From the human T2T-CHM13v2.0 reference genome, Homo sapiens, in assembly GCF_009914755.1 (NCBI RefSeq), contig NC_060934.1: DNA of 64,000 bases; one strand, given 5' to 3'. Shown in pieces: positions 1 to 16,600 of this stretch (position 1 is its first letter; each line of letters starts with the position of its first letter). The notes beneath the pieces were generated by a model. The model was not told where the DNA came from, searched no databases, and worked only from the letters and a program-made list of their open reading frames with translations. The position numbers and the translations under genes are program-made.

Positions 1-1739
<1,739 letters not shown>

Positions 1740-1778
1740 TCATTAGTTGATGCAGTTTCTTCCTAGTCTCGATGGTCT

Positions 1779-2795
1779 TTACATTTTGGCATGATTTTGC
1801 AGTGGCTGGTACCGGTTGTTCCTTTCCATGTTTAGCGCTTCCTTCAGGAGCTCTTTTAGGGCAGTCCTGGTGGTGACAAAATCTCTCAGCATTTGCTTGT
1901 CTATAAAGTATTTTATTTCTCCTTCACTTATGAAGCTTAGTTTGGCTGGATATGAAATTCTGGGTTGAAAATTCTTTTCTTTAAGAATGTTGAATATTGG
2001 CCCCCACTCTCTTCTGGCTTGTAGGGTTTCTGCCGAGAGATCCGCTGTTAGTCTGATGGGCTTTCCTTTGAGGGTAACCCGACCTTTCTCTCTGGCTGCC
2101 TTTAACATTTTTTCCTTCATTTCAACTTTGGTGAATCTGACAATTATGTGTCTTGGAGTTGCTCTTCTCGAGGAGTATCTTTGTGGCGTTCTCTGTATTT
2201 CCTGAATCTGAACGTTGGCCTGCCTTGCTAGATTGGGGAAGTTCTCCTGGATAATATCCTGCAGAGTGTTTTCCAACTTGGTTCCATTCTCCACATCACT
2301 TTCAGGTACACCAATCAGACGTAGATTTGGTCTTTTCACATAGTCCCATATTTCTTGGAGGCTTTGCTCATTTCTTTTTATTCTTTTTTCTCTAAACTTC
2401 CCTTCTCGCTTCATTTCATTCATTTCATCTTCCATTGCTGATACCCTTTCTTCCAGTTGATCGCATCGGCTCCTGAGGCTTCTGCATTCTTCACGTAGTT
2501 CTCGAGCCTTGGTTTTCAGCTCCATCAGCTCCTTTAAGCACTTCTCTGTATTGGTTATTCTAGTTATACATTCTTCTAAATTTTTTTCAAAGTTTTCAAC
2601 TTCTTTGCCTTTGGTTTGAATGTCCTCCCGTAGCTCAGAGTAATTTGATCGTCTGAAGCCTTCTTCTCTCAGCTCGTCAAAATCATTCTCCATCCAGCTT
2701 TGTTCTGTTGCTGGTGAGGAACTGCGTTCCTTTGGAGGAGGAGAGGCGCTCTGCGTTTTAGAGTTTCCAGTTTTTCTGTTCTGTTTTTTCCCCAT
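1779..2795 (-). CDS. L1 ORF1p RNA-binding/chaperone protein, intact 338 aa
   Basis: ORF track MGKKQNRKTGNSK...QNHAKM; REKG, ARR and YPAKLS motifs intact. Confidence 0.98.
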   Translation of the reverse strand: MGKKQNRKTGNSKTQSASPPPKERSSSPATEQSWMENDFDELREEGFRRSNYSELREDIQTKGKEVENFEKNLEECITRITNTEKCLKELMELKTKARELREECRSLRSRCDQLEERVSAMEDEMNEMKREGKFREKRIKRNEQSLQEIWDYVKRPNLRLIGVPESDVENGTKLENTLQDIIQENFPNLARQANVQIQEIQRTPQRYSSRRATPRHIIVRFTKVEMKEKMLKAAREKGRVTLKGKPIRLTADLSAETLQARREWGPIFNILKEKNFQPRISYPAKLSFISEGEIKYFIDKQMLRDFVTTRTALKELLKEALNMERNNRYQPLQNHAKM

Positions 2796-3700
2796 CTTTG
2801 TGGTTTTATCTACTTTTGGTCTTTGATGATGGTGATGTACAGATGGGTTTTCGGTATAGATGTCCTTTCTGGTTGTTAGTTTTCCTTCTAACAGACAGGA
2901 CCCTCAGCTGCAGGTCTGTTGGAATACCCTGCCGTGTGAGGTGTCAGTGTGCCCCTGCTGGGGGGTGCCTCCCAGTTAGGCTGCTCGGGGGTCAGGGGTC
3001 AGGGACCCACTTGAGGAGGCAGTCTGCCCGTTCTCAGATCTCCAGCTGCGTGCTGGGAGAACCACTGCTCTCTTCAAAGCTGTCAGACAGGGACACTTAA
3101 GTCTGCAGAGGTTACTGCTGTCTTTTTGTTTGTCTGTGCCCTGCCCCCAGAGGTGGAGCCTACAGAGGCAGGCAGGCCTCCTTGAGCTGTGGTGGGCTCC
3201 ACCCAGTTGGAGCTTCCCGGCTGCTTTGTTTACCTAAGCAAGCGTGGGCAATGGCGGGCGCCCCTCCCCCAGCCTCGTTGCCGCCTTGCAGTTTGATCTC
3301 AGACTGCTGTGCTAGCAGTCAGCGAGACTCCGTGGGCGTAGGACCCTCTGAGCCAGGTGTGGGATATAGTCTCGTGGTGCGCCATTTCTTAAGCCGGTCT
3401 GAAAAGCGCAATATTCGGGTGGGAGTGACCCGATTTTCCAGGTGCGTCCGTCACCCCTTTCTTTGACTCGGAAAGGGAACTCCCTGACCCCTTGCGCTTC
3501 CCAGGTGAGGCAATGCCTCGCCCTGCTTCGGCTCGCGCACGGTGCGCACACACACTGGCCTGCGCCCACTGTCTGGCACTCCCTAGTGAGATGAACCCGG
3601 TACCTCAGATGGAAATGCAGAAATCACCCGTCTTCTGCGTCGCTCACGCTGGGAGCTGTAGACCGGAGCTGTTCCTATTCGGCCATCTTGGCTCCTCCCC
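2796..3700 (-). promoter_or_regulatory. L1 5'UTR: internal sense promoter, CpG island and antisense promoter firing on + strand
   Basis: CpG-rich ~3180-3690; YY1 site CAAGATGGCC (+ strand ggccatcttg 3681-3690). Confidence 0.9.
3251..3466 (+). CDS. L1 ORF0 (71 aa, antisense ORF in the 5'UTR)
   Basis: ATG at 3251 gives MAGAPPPASLPPCSLISDCCAS...RCVRHPFL; splice-donor-like CAG|GT at 3356/3357 and 3441/3442. Confidence 0.88.
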   Translation: MAGAPPPASLPPCSLISDCCASSQRDSVGVGPSEPGVGYSLVVRHFLSRSEKRNIRVGVTRFSRCVRHPFL

Positions 3701-3974
3701 AGAGGGCATCTTTTTAATACTGCAGTCTCATTTGATTAATGGGACAGCATCCTAAACCAGCTGAGGATTTTGTTTAAGGCCACACAGAAGAGTCAGAGGG
3801 GTCTGATAGCAATGTCATCGGATTTCCTCCCTTAGATGGGCTTATGCCAAGTTTTGGAAGATAGTTATAAAATTTTTGACTTCTAGTTTTTACTACCAGT
3901 GATAAGAAATTGTCACCATGTGTGAGAATTTTTTCATTCCATTTTAGTTGGTCTTTTTATTAATGAAATAACCA

Positions 3975-4190
3975 CCTTGTTGAGGGCTTATTTCACATTG
4001 TAAACATAATGATCATTTTACTCCTCCCCCAGATTCCATAAGGTGGGGGTATTCATTCTACCTCTACAACGGCAAGCTTAAAAAGTCTAATCAAGTTGCC
4101 CTTTGTCACCAAACTAATAAGACAGCGTAGAAACTTGAACCCAAGCTTTTCTGGTTCTAAGTGAAGTTCGTAATCTTAACCACTGTGCAA
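3975..4190 (-). mobile_element. MIR SINE, degraded
   Basis: MIR-like core, e.g. acttgaacccaagc...tcttaaccactgtgc. Confidence 0.55.
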
Positions 4191-4343
4191 CATAATTTCT
4201 TTTCTGTAAGCCTCAAGCTTGCAACAGGTAGAAAAAGAAATTTTTAATGTTTATTAATCTGGCTAAAGAATAATAGTAGAATTATATGACAATAGTAAAA
4301 ATGTAGATCTGGTAAGAATATTAGAAAGCTTTTAATCTTGTAG

Positions 4344-4665
<322 letters not shown>

Positions 4666-5189
4666 TAATCTTGTGTTTTTTAGATTGTAATTCTCAGATT
4701 CCACAGAGGTACTCAGAGGTTGCCCAAGAGGAAGAAAAGGTAGAGTGGAAGGCCGGAGGCCGAGGGGAAAGAGCTCCGGGCTTTCAATTCCCTTTTCCAG
4801 AGACTAAAGTTTCCCTTAAACTTTCTTTATGTTGGAATTCTACATAAGATTTCATTTAGGAGCAGGTAGGCAGGGGTGGAGGGAGAGGAAAAGGAAGTTT
4901 GTTGAACCATTATGAAAAAAGTAGTTGACAATTGCTGAGTTAGTCTAGATCTATCATTTTATAGGTGAGATAATGGAGGCCCAGGTGGTAATTTAGCCAA
5001 ACTCACTCTGTTAACATCATAACCTCCCTAAACTGAGAGAGCCCTTGGGGATCACCTGACCCAATCATTTGCCAGCATTGGCTTCTCTCACCTGCCATCA
5101 GCCACATGGGGTCCAAACTCCTCCACAGCTGGAGGCTCACGGACCACCAAATCTTCCCATCTTTCTGATCCTTAGAAAATATATCCTTA

Positions 5190-5522
5190 GGCCGAGCGCA
5201 GTGGCTCATGCCTGTAATCCTGGCACTTGGGGAGGCTGAGGCAGGTGGATAACTGGGGGTCAGGAGTTTGAGACCAGCCTGGCCAACGTGGTGAAATTCC
5301 ATCTCTACTAAAGACACACAAATTAGCCAGGCATGGTGGCATGTGCCTGTAACCCCAGCTACTTGGGAGGCTGAAGCAGGAGAATCACTTGAACCCAGGA
5401 GGCAGAAGTTGCAGTGAGCTGAGATTCAGCCACTGCACTGCAGCCTGGGTGACAGAGCAAAACCCTGTTTCAAACAAACAAACCAAAAAGTAAAACAAAA
5501 CAAAACAAAAAACAACAAAAAA
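5190..5522 (+). mobile_element. AluS
   Basis: GGCCGAGCGCAGTGGCTCATGCC... dimer with (CAAAA)n tail. Confidence 0.95.
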
Positions 5523-5790
5523 CTCCTTATTATAAGCTGAGATCTGTCCTTCCGTATCCCTAAAAATTAACTAGAATAATTAAAGTCTTTCTCCCTTATG
5601 ACAATGCCTCGAATATTTAAAGACACCTAATATATCCCTCCCGAGCCTCTCATCTCCAGACACAACTTCTCCCATTTCCTTTAATGTTCCTCAGAGAGTG
5701 TGGTTTCTTCTGGTCTGGTTGCCCTGCTCCAAAAAAGCTTCCATTTGTTTTTATCCCCTTTAAAGATTCAAGTGCAGAATTGAACATAAT
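5523..5790 (-). mobile_element. L3/CR1 LINE fragment
   Basis: Resembles CR1 3' region in reverse (atatttaaagaca...ctccagac...ctggttgccctgctcc...cagaattgaac). Confidence 0.55.
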
Positions 5791-6138
5791 ATTTTAATAA
5801 TATTTCACTTTATATATTAAGTCATTTAAACTTCCATTCCTTACACAATATCACATTAACTCCCTTAAATGGGCAAGGGATGATAGGCAAGAGAAATAAC
5901 ATGAAGATACTATTATCTACAGCTGTGTTCTCCCACACAGACATAAATCCATACACACGCTTTCCTTGCTTCCTAAAAGGATCTTGCCTACACTTTCAAA
6001 ATCACCCTGCGTGCTGTCCGTGAGAGTTTCTTCCTAAAGCAAGCCTTTGTTCATTGCAACTAGCCGTGTATGCTTTGCCGGAGGAGTTATACATTAGAAA
6101 CCATCAGCTGACAATGGGGATATATTGAGTCAGATTCC

Positions 6139-6264
6139 TTAGGTTGGTGCAAAAGTAATTGCGGTTTTTGCCAATGAATTTGGCAAAATTTAACCTTTAA
6201 TTTGGGGTTTTTGCCTCGAATTAAAGTAATGGCAAAAGCTGCAATTGCTTTCCTACCAACCTAA
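6139..6264. mobile_element. MADE1 (mariner-derived MITE) with expanded centre
   Basis: TIRs TTAGGTTGGTGCAAAAGTAATTGCGGTTTTTGCC ... GGCAAAAGCTGCAATTGCTTTCCTACCAACCTAA followed by TA. Confidence 0.9.
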
Positions 6265-7740
6265 TAGATCGCTCTACTGCAGCCATGTCCGCAATGGCAA
6301 CTAACATATCTATTTAATAGATAACAAAAGCTAGCCAGGGCACATTCATTTAAGAGCATGGACCAATGTTAAGAATTTTTTACAGATATTTTTGCAGGCG
6401 AGATGATAAAGAGGAAACCAATGATAATACAAGAAAGGCATTTTCTAAATTCTGTAGATTGTATTATGATTGGCCCTTGATGACCCCTGCTAATGAAGGA
6501 AACTGTTATGTAAATGACCCAAAACAGCAGGCAAAATGCCATGATGACATAGTTCTGATGTGCTTTGGAATTTGCATTTCCAAAACAGTAGCCGATTACC
6601 TTTCTAATAAAAACATGAAAAGTGGCTAGTGTTTCCCTGAGTTCATCCCGACGGATCCCGATGCATTCTGAGTGGCAGGGGAGTCAACCTGAAATTGAAC
6701 ATTTGCTAGCAATAATCCACGAAACAAACAATAACCCACATGTGCTTAATCTAGAGATGATCATATTCTACAGTTACTTCCTATTTTTGAACTGCTGCAA
6801 GTAGTTCACTGTGCATCTTCACATTGCTTTTTATTCAAGGGATCAAATGTGCTTATGTGTATCATCTTATTTGCTGTCACCACTGCTTGGAAATTATTAT
6901 TAGCTCTATTTTATATTTGGGGAAATTAAAAGTTTCAGATTGTTAAGGAGGAATAGACCGGGAGAGGAAAGGAGTAAATCTCACAGAAAACATTCAGCTT
7001 GATTTAGAATTCTCGAGTATTTCGGTTGGGGATGACCCAAGGATGACCAGTTAACCCCCTCATTTTAAAGATGAGGATGGTGACATTAGAACCATCTAAA
7101 TGTTCTATTTAGTGAACTTAAATACTTTTCAATTTCATTTCTATTTCCTGAGTTTGAAATGAGAATACTTACACTAGCTGTTTTCTAATAATAGAATTCT
7201 CATAACCACTAATGGGAATGTGCCAAGATGAATGGAACTGTCTCTTGGTCTGATGTCTAGCTAATGTGTAGGCTGGTCAGCATGGCACGAGGAAGGCTTG
7301 GCTGGGGCTAGGAGCCTGGATTCCATCCCTTCTGGGACAATAACTCCGCTTTCAGTAAATGGACCTCAGATATGTTTTTAGACCTCAGTGCCTTCATCTC
7401 TAAAACTAGGGATTGGACTAAATCTTTTAAGTGTTTTTAGAGTTCTAATGTGCCGCGATTCTCACTTTCTTTATATAAATTTTTCAAATGCATAATACAT
7501 ATAGATGTCATAGATATGCAAATTCACAGACACTATAAAGAGAGGAAGGAAGCAGAAATTAGAAATGGAAGATTACATTATTTCTGGCTATGTTTCAAAG
7601 GTAAGTGAACTCTAAGGGGAATTATGTTGATTCGATACTTCTTAACGTTGTGCCTTCTAATAGATAAATTCTGAAGCACGTAATTCCTCTTGGGGTATTC
7701 TCATTTTCGATTTTCATCCTGAAGTTTAGAGAGTTTGTGC

Positions 7741-7914
7741 TTTTTTCATTTTTTTATTTTTATTTTTTAGACAAGATCTCGCTCTTTCACCCAGGTTGGA
7801 GAGCAGTAGCATGATCATGGGTCAACACAGCCTTGAACTCCTGAGCTCAAGCCATCCTCCTGCCTCAGCCTCCCAAGTAGCTGGGACTACAGGTACAAGC
7901 CAATGTGCCCAGCT
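7741..7914 (-). mobile_element. Alu monomer (FRAM/FAM-like)
   Basis: Single Alu arm with T-rich tail. Confidence 0.85.
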
Positions 7915-9138
7915 CAATTTCTCTTAATTTGGTGTGTTGTGGCTACCCCTGCTCATGAGAGGATCTGGACACAACAACCCTTGCAGTAAAGAAAGAAAAG
8001 GGTAGGTCGTATCTCTTGGAATGAGTCTGTTTGGGTTTCCTCGGAGTCTGGAGCTGTAACTTTCAGCTGGCAGTACCACCGCATTCCTCTGGTAACCAAT
8101 TATGTCATCGCAAACAGAGATTTATGAGCCCCAATGCTAAAGAAACAGAAGGCAGGATGAATTATGAGAAGTTCCAGGTCTGCAAACACTTTCTCCAATA
8201 ATTAGCCTAAAGTGGGGAGGAGGGAGAAATTAACCTTACTAAACTCCCATTTTATACAACCCAAATAATGCACTGCTAACATCTGACTGAGCACGGAAAT
8301 TCATCTTGAGGTGATCCAGTTTAAAACCTCATTTGTAAATTCAGTCTGAAAGGCTTCAAGCGAAAGGGATGAAGGGTTGGAAAAACTCACAGCGAGGAGT
8401 CTCCAGCCCCTCCTTGGGACAGCCTGCGTGATTTAAGATGGATACATCTCTGAGATAGCCCACAGGTAAATACGAAATGGCTTTGTGTTCCAAGAAGGAA
8501 GGGAGAGTTATCAGCACAGACACGAGCTTCTGTGCTTCCCTGATGCAAACATGGAAGAAGCAATTTGCAGAGGCAATAGCGTCTCTGTTGCCGTTAGCCA
8601 TGGCAGTGCAAGTTTGCACGCCACCAAAAGCAAGGATTGCACCCTTTACTTAGCATGTTGTTACCTAGACACATTCTGCTAGCTATAATATGCAAGCAAA
8701 CATTCAACTCATGTAAATGTGTTCGCTTTCCTAAAGAAACTGTTGGAGAGAAGGTGTCTTGGGGAAAAGACAATAGGAATCTATCAATCTATCAATCAAT
8801 ATTTATTATATATCTACCAGGTGAGAGAGGTTATTATGAGACCTGGTAAGGAATATGCAAATAATATATAGAGTAGTTCCAACTGTCAAGAATCTTCCAG
8901 TCTAGCTCAGGAGATATGACACATGCATGCATGTGGAATTAATGACACCAGGCAGAGGGAAGCAAGTCAGTGAGCAAGATGGAGATGGGAAGTGGGATGC
9001 AAGCTCAAAGCGGGAAGTCGCCTGAGGGCTGTAGGAATCAAGAAATGCTTCCAGAAGTTACTTTGGTGGAGAGGGTTCTGGTAGATGGGCAGAAGTGAAC
9101 ACCTGCAGGGAGCCAAGAGTGGGATCGTGGATTCCTCA

Positions 9139-9800
<662 letters not shown>

Positions 9801-10697
9801 TCTCTGTCACTCTGTTTCATGTTCCTGTGTCCTCTTTGGGGTCTCATTTCTTCCTCTATCAAAATAGGCGATTAGATTAGCTCTAAATTCAGCCCTACTT
9901 GAATTTCAAAGTATGATGAGTCTATCATTCTAAATATACAGAAAAGAAAAAAAATACCAGGAAGTGTACTTCAGGGAAAAAAGTGGGAAGCTGGAAAGCT
10001 ACACAGAGATCTGGAAGGTGATGAAGAATTCTGACAGTCAAATCGACTCTGACTCTCTTCCTTGGCACCTCCCTTGTCCTGCTCTTTAATTAGGGCTGAG
10101 GCACCCAGGCCAGTCAGGCCCATCTCAGGGAGAGACACTGTGGGGGTGACTGCCCCAGCCACCATCAAGATTAATCCAGAAGCAAGCGAGGTGTCAGAGT
10201 GACTGCAGCAGGGCGACCTCTTTCTGCCCAAGTCTGCAGCCAGCCCCCACCCTCAGCCTTCCGGAACTGGCCAGAACTCAGAACCTGCCCAAAACAGAGA
10301 TGGCCAGGTGTCACAGGGTCCTTGTTTAGAGCATATTTCATCTCCCCTGCAGATGAGCGGAAAGAATTAAGAAATTCTCAGGAGAGACATATGGAGGGAA
10401 GAAAGGAGTGAATGGAGAGTGCAGATACAAGGGAAAGGGGGCGTAGAAAAGAAAGTACTGTGGGAATACCAGACAAAGCATAAAACAAACAAACAAGAGA
10501 ATGTCAATTTCTATAAACTTATATAAACATGTATTCCTGGTGGGAGTGGATAGAATCAGGAGTGAGGAACAGAAAGAAGGCAGAGTGACACTGATAAAAA
10601 CTGATCACGTGCCCTATGTTGAGTAAGGCAATCCTCAACATGACCTGGCCCAGGACACAACACCTGTCTCAGGTAGAGCTGAAAAGAGTTCGTGTGT

Positions 10698-10986
<289 letters not shown>

Positions 10987-12275
10987 GTTTGGGTGTTTGC
11001 ATGGAGGAAGATGAATCCTGGAGAACTTCTGATCACTCTTGAGCAACAGGAACTGGAGAAAGAACTACAAAACCTTGAGTCATTTTCACTCCACTTGCTA
11101 CGTGTCAATTTCTTTTTTCTTTTTGAAATGTCTGGATTCTATAGAAAAGGAAACCTAGAAAAACCCAGGACTACAAGCTGCTCACGGCTCTTGCCATCAC
11201 AGCGCTGAAATGGGGCCCTTAAGCCTCTGAAAAAGATATATTGAAATATTGAGACTAGTAAATCAAAATGAAGGATGAATCCATTAAGCATCCTCTAAAT
11301 GTTTTAAGCTGCGGGGGAAATGAAACTCCAGACAACAGTTCTTCACCTGGCACGGGCTCAGTCCTCGTTGATTCTTCAGCTCCCGTCAGTAACTCTGTAA
11401 GTTGGGTACTAATGGCTGAGGTGTGCAGTGAAATGAAATTACACTCAACCAGGGCCCACCTGAATATAATGAACTTTTCTGAGGATGCGGCTTCAGTACA
11501 TTAGTGTGAATACATGCAGGAAACCATGCGAAACACCTTGGTGCCAATTTCTTTCTTTCTTTTTTCTTTATGGACATTTGCTTTGTCAGACTTGCATTAC
11601 GATGGAGTTATAAATATAGAAATGAAATATTGATTACTTGTCTTAATCCATCCACAACTTGTGCGAGATCACACTGGCCCCCTCCTGCCCCACACAGCTG
11701 CAGAGACCCAGGCAGATGGGGGATGTGAATGCTTTCAGGAACTGAACCCCCTTGAATGGCTATTTAGCTAAAATTCGTCTTCAAAAAACCTTTTCTCACT
11801 TCACTATTTCAAGAACCAGAAGTAAGGCCTGGGATAAACTTTTTCCCATGAAAATGAGTGCGCTGTCATCCTGCAGCTTTTTCCTTCCCACCCACAGAGC
11901 TGGTCAGTCTCCATTCATTCTGGTACCACAGGCATGCAGAATGACTGGTGGCCCGGGTCGCGGCTGGCAGAGGCTCACTGCCACCCAGGTTTGGACCTGA
12001 CTCTCAGCTGGGAATAGCAAGCACAAAACAGCAGAAGAATAACCAAGGCTTGTTTTGATTCCAGGCAGATTGCAAATAATGCATTCCCTAGATGTTAGGT
12101 CAAAACAACCACCAACCTAAACTAAGCAAGAAAAAAATGTTTCACAAGACCAAGCAGCCACAGTTGCCCTAAACTTGTTCTTGGGCAGAAACACTATTAG
12201 TTTTTAATTGGTTACTCTGGTGGATGGCACCATAACCAAGTTATAAAAATTAACATCCAATATAAAATTTGTCCA

Positions 12276-12574
12276 GGCCAGGCACGGTGGCTCACAGCTG
12301 TAATCCTAGCATTTTGGGGGGGCCGAGGTGGAAGGATCGCTTGAGGTCAGGAGTTCAAGACCAGCCTGGCCAATATGGTGAAACCCCATCTCTACTAAAA
12401 CTACAAAAATTAGCCGGGTATGGTGGCACATGCCTATAATCCTAGCTACTCAGGAGACTGAGGCAGGGGAATCACTTGAACCCAGGAGGCGGAGGTTGCA
12501 GTGAGCTGAGATCGTGCCACTGCACTCCAGCATGGGCAACAGAGTGAGACTTTCTCTCAAAAAAAAAGAAAAGA
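12276..12574 (+). mobile_element. AluS
   Basis: Dimer; TTGTCCA flanks both ends. Confidence 0.95.
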
Positions 12575-12589
12575 AGTTGTCCAATATTT

Positions 12590-13215
12590 GGAAAAACTCA
12601 CATCAGGAGACTTTTGATATGATTCACTGAGAAGAATACAACTATATTTCTGCCAACAATTCCTAACCAGATTCCAAGCATGAGGGAATATCAGTAAACC
12701 CAAATTGAAGGACACTTGGCTAAACATAGTCTTCAAAAAGTCAAGATCAAGAAAGACAAAGAAAGGGCTAGAAAACTCTTTCTAACTAAGGAGATTAAAG
12801 AGACGTAACAAATGAAATGCATGGTCTTTAAATGAATCGTACAGCTATAAAAGACTTTATACAATTGATGAAATTTGAATATAGACTATGGATCAGATAA
12901 TGATATTATGTCAATATTAAATGACTTAATTTTGATAATTGTACTATAGTTATCTAGGAGAATTTTCTCTGTTCTCAGGAAACACACCATGAAGTAGTTA
13001 CTGATAAATGGACACAATGTTCCCAATTCAGTCTTCAATGATTCAGGAAAAATTATCTAACTCTATCTATCTATCTAGACAGAGAGAAAAAAGAGAACGA
13101 TGTAGCAGATGAACAAAATGTAAAAAATTGATATGTCTGGCTATATGGTATAAGAGAGTTTCTTGTACTATTTCTATAACTTTTCTTGAAGTTTGAAAGT
13201 ATGTAAAACTAAAAA
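12590..13215 (+). mobile_element. Old L1M (L1MC-like) 3' UTR fragment
   Basis: aaacccaaattgaaggaca...agaaagacaaagaaagg...ttcttgtactatttctataacttttc...aagtttgaaa. Confidence 0.7.
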
Positions 13216-13303
13216 TTACCAAAAGAGTGTCCTCAATATTAAATCTAACTGAACCAAGACTATTAATTATCAGCTCCTCCTTCAATAACAAAACTTCAAA
13301 ATT

Positions 13304-13640
13304 GACCAGCAATCTCACTCTTGTAATCTCAGCATTCTGGGAGTCTAAGGCAGGAGGATCACTTGAGGCCGAGAGTTTGAGACCAGCCTGGGCAACATAG
13401 TGAAACCTTATTTCTCCAAAAAAAAAAAAAAAAAAGCAAAACAAAAACAAAAACCGAACCAAACCAAAACAAAACAAAAACATTAGCTGGGCATGGTGGC
13501 ATGCAGCCGTAGTCACAGCTACTCAGGAGTCAGAGGTGGGAGGATCACTTGAGCCCAGGAATTTGAGGCTGCAGGGAACTATCATGCCACTGCACTCCAG
13601 CCTGGGACAGAGCAAGACCTTGCCTCAAAAATAAAAATTA
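13304..13640 (+). mobile_element. AluJ with expanded middle A-rich linker
   Basis: GGAGGATCACTTGAGCCCAGGA J-type right arm; A-rich/(CAAAA)n linker 13418-13480. Confidence 0.9.
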
Positions 13641-13659
13641 AATGGAAAAATGTAAAAAT

Positions 13660-16600
13660 AAATCTGCCAGCAAGTTTCCAACAACTCTGAAATGGAGATG
13701 GAGAGAGTGCCCTCCATCCTGTCCCATCCCTGGGCAGAACACATGGAGCAGCTGTTTGAGGACTCTGAAATGTAAATAGTAGCAGACAGATTGGGGACTA
13801 TGTCTGAGTTCCAAGTACCACTCAACTAGCATGGAGTTTCTCCTCTGGTGCATCCCCTGGCCTGAACTCCATGCAGCCTGCAACCTGAAAGTGAGACTCT
13901 GCACACAGACCCAGAGAGCTCCCAAAGACAACCTCCAGTTTTGGCTCCAGAAGCATGAGAGGGAACTCTAAACTCTCAGAAAGAGAGAGGGTGGGGGAAA
14001 TCCTCTTATTCTTTTTATCTCCTTTGCTTTCATTTTTTTCCTCTCTTCTCTTGCACCCTAGCTCCAAAGCCAACCTATATTGGCAGTAGTGGTGGCAACC
14101 AGTGCCAGAAACTACAACTCTCTGGGAGGGGACTGTGATCCCAAGATGGTGGAGTAATCTTGATTGCATTTCCTTCTCTCTGTCCTCCTCCCACTTGGCC
14201 AGAAATGCAGGTATTATTACAGGAAGTAAATAGCAGAGTGGAGTCACTAAAGCCCCCACTTTCTGGGTTGAGGACTGAAAAGAAGAGCTCCAGGAAATGG
14301 AAAGTACTGGGCTGATGATGAATCCTGAGAGAAGCTTAGGAAAGCAACACTTTCAAGTTGTTTGTGAATTGCTGGGCTCACCGCTGAGCTGCGCATGTCT
14401 GGATCTATACCTGAACAGCATACAGACATAGATTCTGAGAGCTAAACCAAGGGATAGACCATCAGCCATGTCCCAGCCTGGCCTCCGGGTGGTACACATG
14501 TGAGGCAGGTCTGAGGAGCGTGGCAGAGGTTTTGGAAACCAAACTGACGGTGGAATGACAACTCCAATAAAGACAGTCAGGACTGAACCCAATCAGACTG
14601 TTCGTCTACTAACACAAAAACACCAACACTCTTCATATAATTGAATCAAGACCCAAGTCTTATAATATTCATAATGTCCATAATAAAATTCAAAATTACA
14701 TGACATACAAAGAACCAGGAAAATATCAGACAATCCTTGGTATCTAGACAATCAATAGATACCAACATAGAAATGACACAGATGTTGGATTCTCTGACAA
14801 AGGCTTTAAAGCAGCTACTACAAAAAAATCGTAAACATTCTTGAAACAAAGCTCAAATAGAAAGCATCAAAGAAAGAAGGTGTAAAGAAGCTCAGGGAAC
14901 TTGAGAACTGTCAAATACAACAACTGAAATAAAAAGTTCACCCAATGGGCTCAACAGCAGAATGGATATGACAGAATAAAATTCAGTGAACTTATGATAG
15001 AAGAATAGATATTATCCAATCCGGACAACAGAAAGAAGATTGAAAAGATGAAAAAGTCTTGGGGGTTATGAGACAACGCCAAGAGTTCTAATATCCATAT
15101 TATCAGAATTCCAGAAGGAGCAAAGGGAGGTGCAGAAAAAATATTTAAAGAAATAACAGCTTATAATAAAACAAATTTGATGAAAGACATAAATGATAGA
15201 TTCAAATAGTTCTGTGGACCCCAAACAAGATATAACAAAAAATTCCACATTCAAATGCATCCTATTCAAAGTGCTACAAGTTAAAGACAGAACAACAATG
15301 AAACAATTGTAGATTTATTGTGAGGATTCATGGAGGCCAGACTAGAAAGTAAGAAATAAGACTCTCACTATTTCACAAATGATAAATTCTGAAGAATTCA
15401 CAATAATACATCAAGATTGCAGGCTGTAAGGTCAACACACAAAAATTAACTATATTTCTACATAAATAAATTGGAAACAAAAAATGCTACTAATGATCAT
15501 TCTGAAAAAGTGAAGTATTTGGATATAAATCTAAGAAAGTATGTACAGGATGTGTATGCAGAAATTATAGCATACCAGGGAAAGAAATCAAAGATGTAAA
15601 TAAATGGAGAGACATGTCATATTCATAGAGTGGAAGGCTCAACATAGTAAAAATAAAGTGACGTACAGATTTAATGCAATTGCTATCAAAATCCTAGCAG
15701 GATATTGTGTAGACATGGGCTTATTCTATAATTTATATGGAAACAAAAAGAAACTAGAGTAGCCAAAAACTTACTTTTAAAAAGGAATGAAGCTGGTGTA
15801 CTCATACTACCTGATTCTAAGACTGACTTTACAGGGCTATAATAATCAAGACAGTATGGTATTGATGAAGCCATAGCCATATTGATTAATGGAACAGATT
15901 TGAAAGTCCAGAAGTAGACACACACAAATAAGGCCTATTGATTTTTGACAAAGTTGCAAAGGCAGTTCAGTGGGAGAATAATGGTCTGTTCAATAAATTT
16001 TGTTGGAATACTTCAACATTCATTTGCAAAAAATGCAAATGAACCTTAATCTAAACCTTAGGCCATATAAAAAATTAACCCAAAATGAATCATAGATTTA
16101 AAAATGAAATGTAAAACTGAAAACAAATTTTTAAAAACATGGGAGAAAATCTTCAAGATCTGGGGTTAGGCAAATAATTTTTATACATAACAACTAATGC
16201 TGATCCATCAATAAGAATTTGATAATTGCAATTGTCAAAACTAAAAATATTTGCTGTGTTTGCAAAACTCACCTGTAAGAAAACAAGAAACCCAATTTTA
16301 AGAATGGGCAAAATACTCATATATACACTACACCAAAGAGGATACATGGAAGGCAAAGATGTGCATGAAAATGATGTTCCATGTCATTTTCACTAGGGAA
16401 ATGCAAATTAAAGTCACAATAAGCTACCCACTCCATACCTATTAGAATGTCTAAAATAATATCAATTGCCAACAAGGATGATGTGCTTCTAGAACTCTCA
16501 TACATTGCTGGTGGGAAGATGATTCAGCCACTCTGGAAAATATTCGGCAATTTCTTATAAAGTAAACACACACTTACCATACAATCCAACAGTCCTCTTC

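Noticed and set aside
6010-6030. REST/RE1-like GTGCTGTCCGTG
   Set aside because: Only one half-site matches
10993-11208. ORF with coiled-coil-looking [14 protein letters not shown]
   Set aside because: Short, non-ATG start, no recognisable family, no poly(A)/TSD or clear exon boundaries
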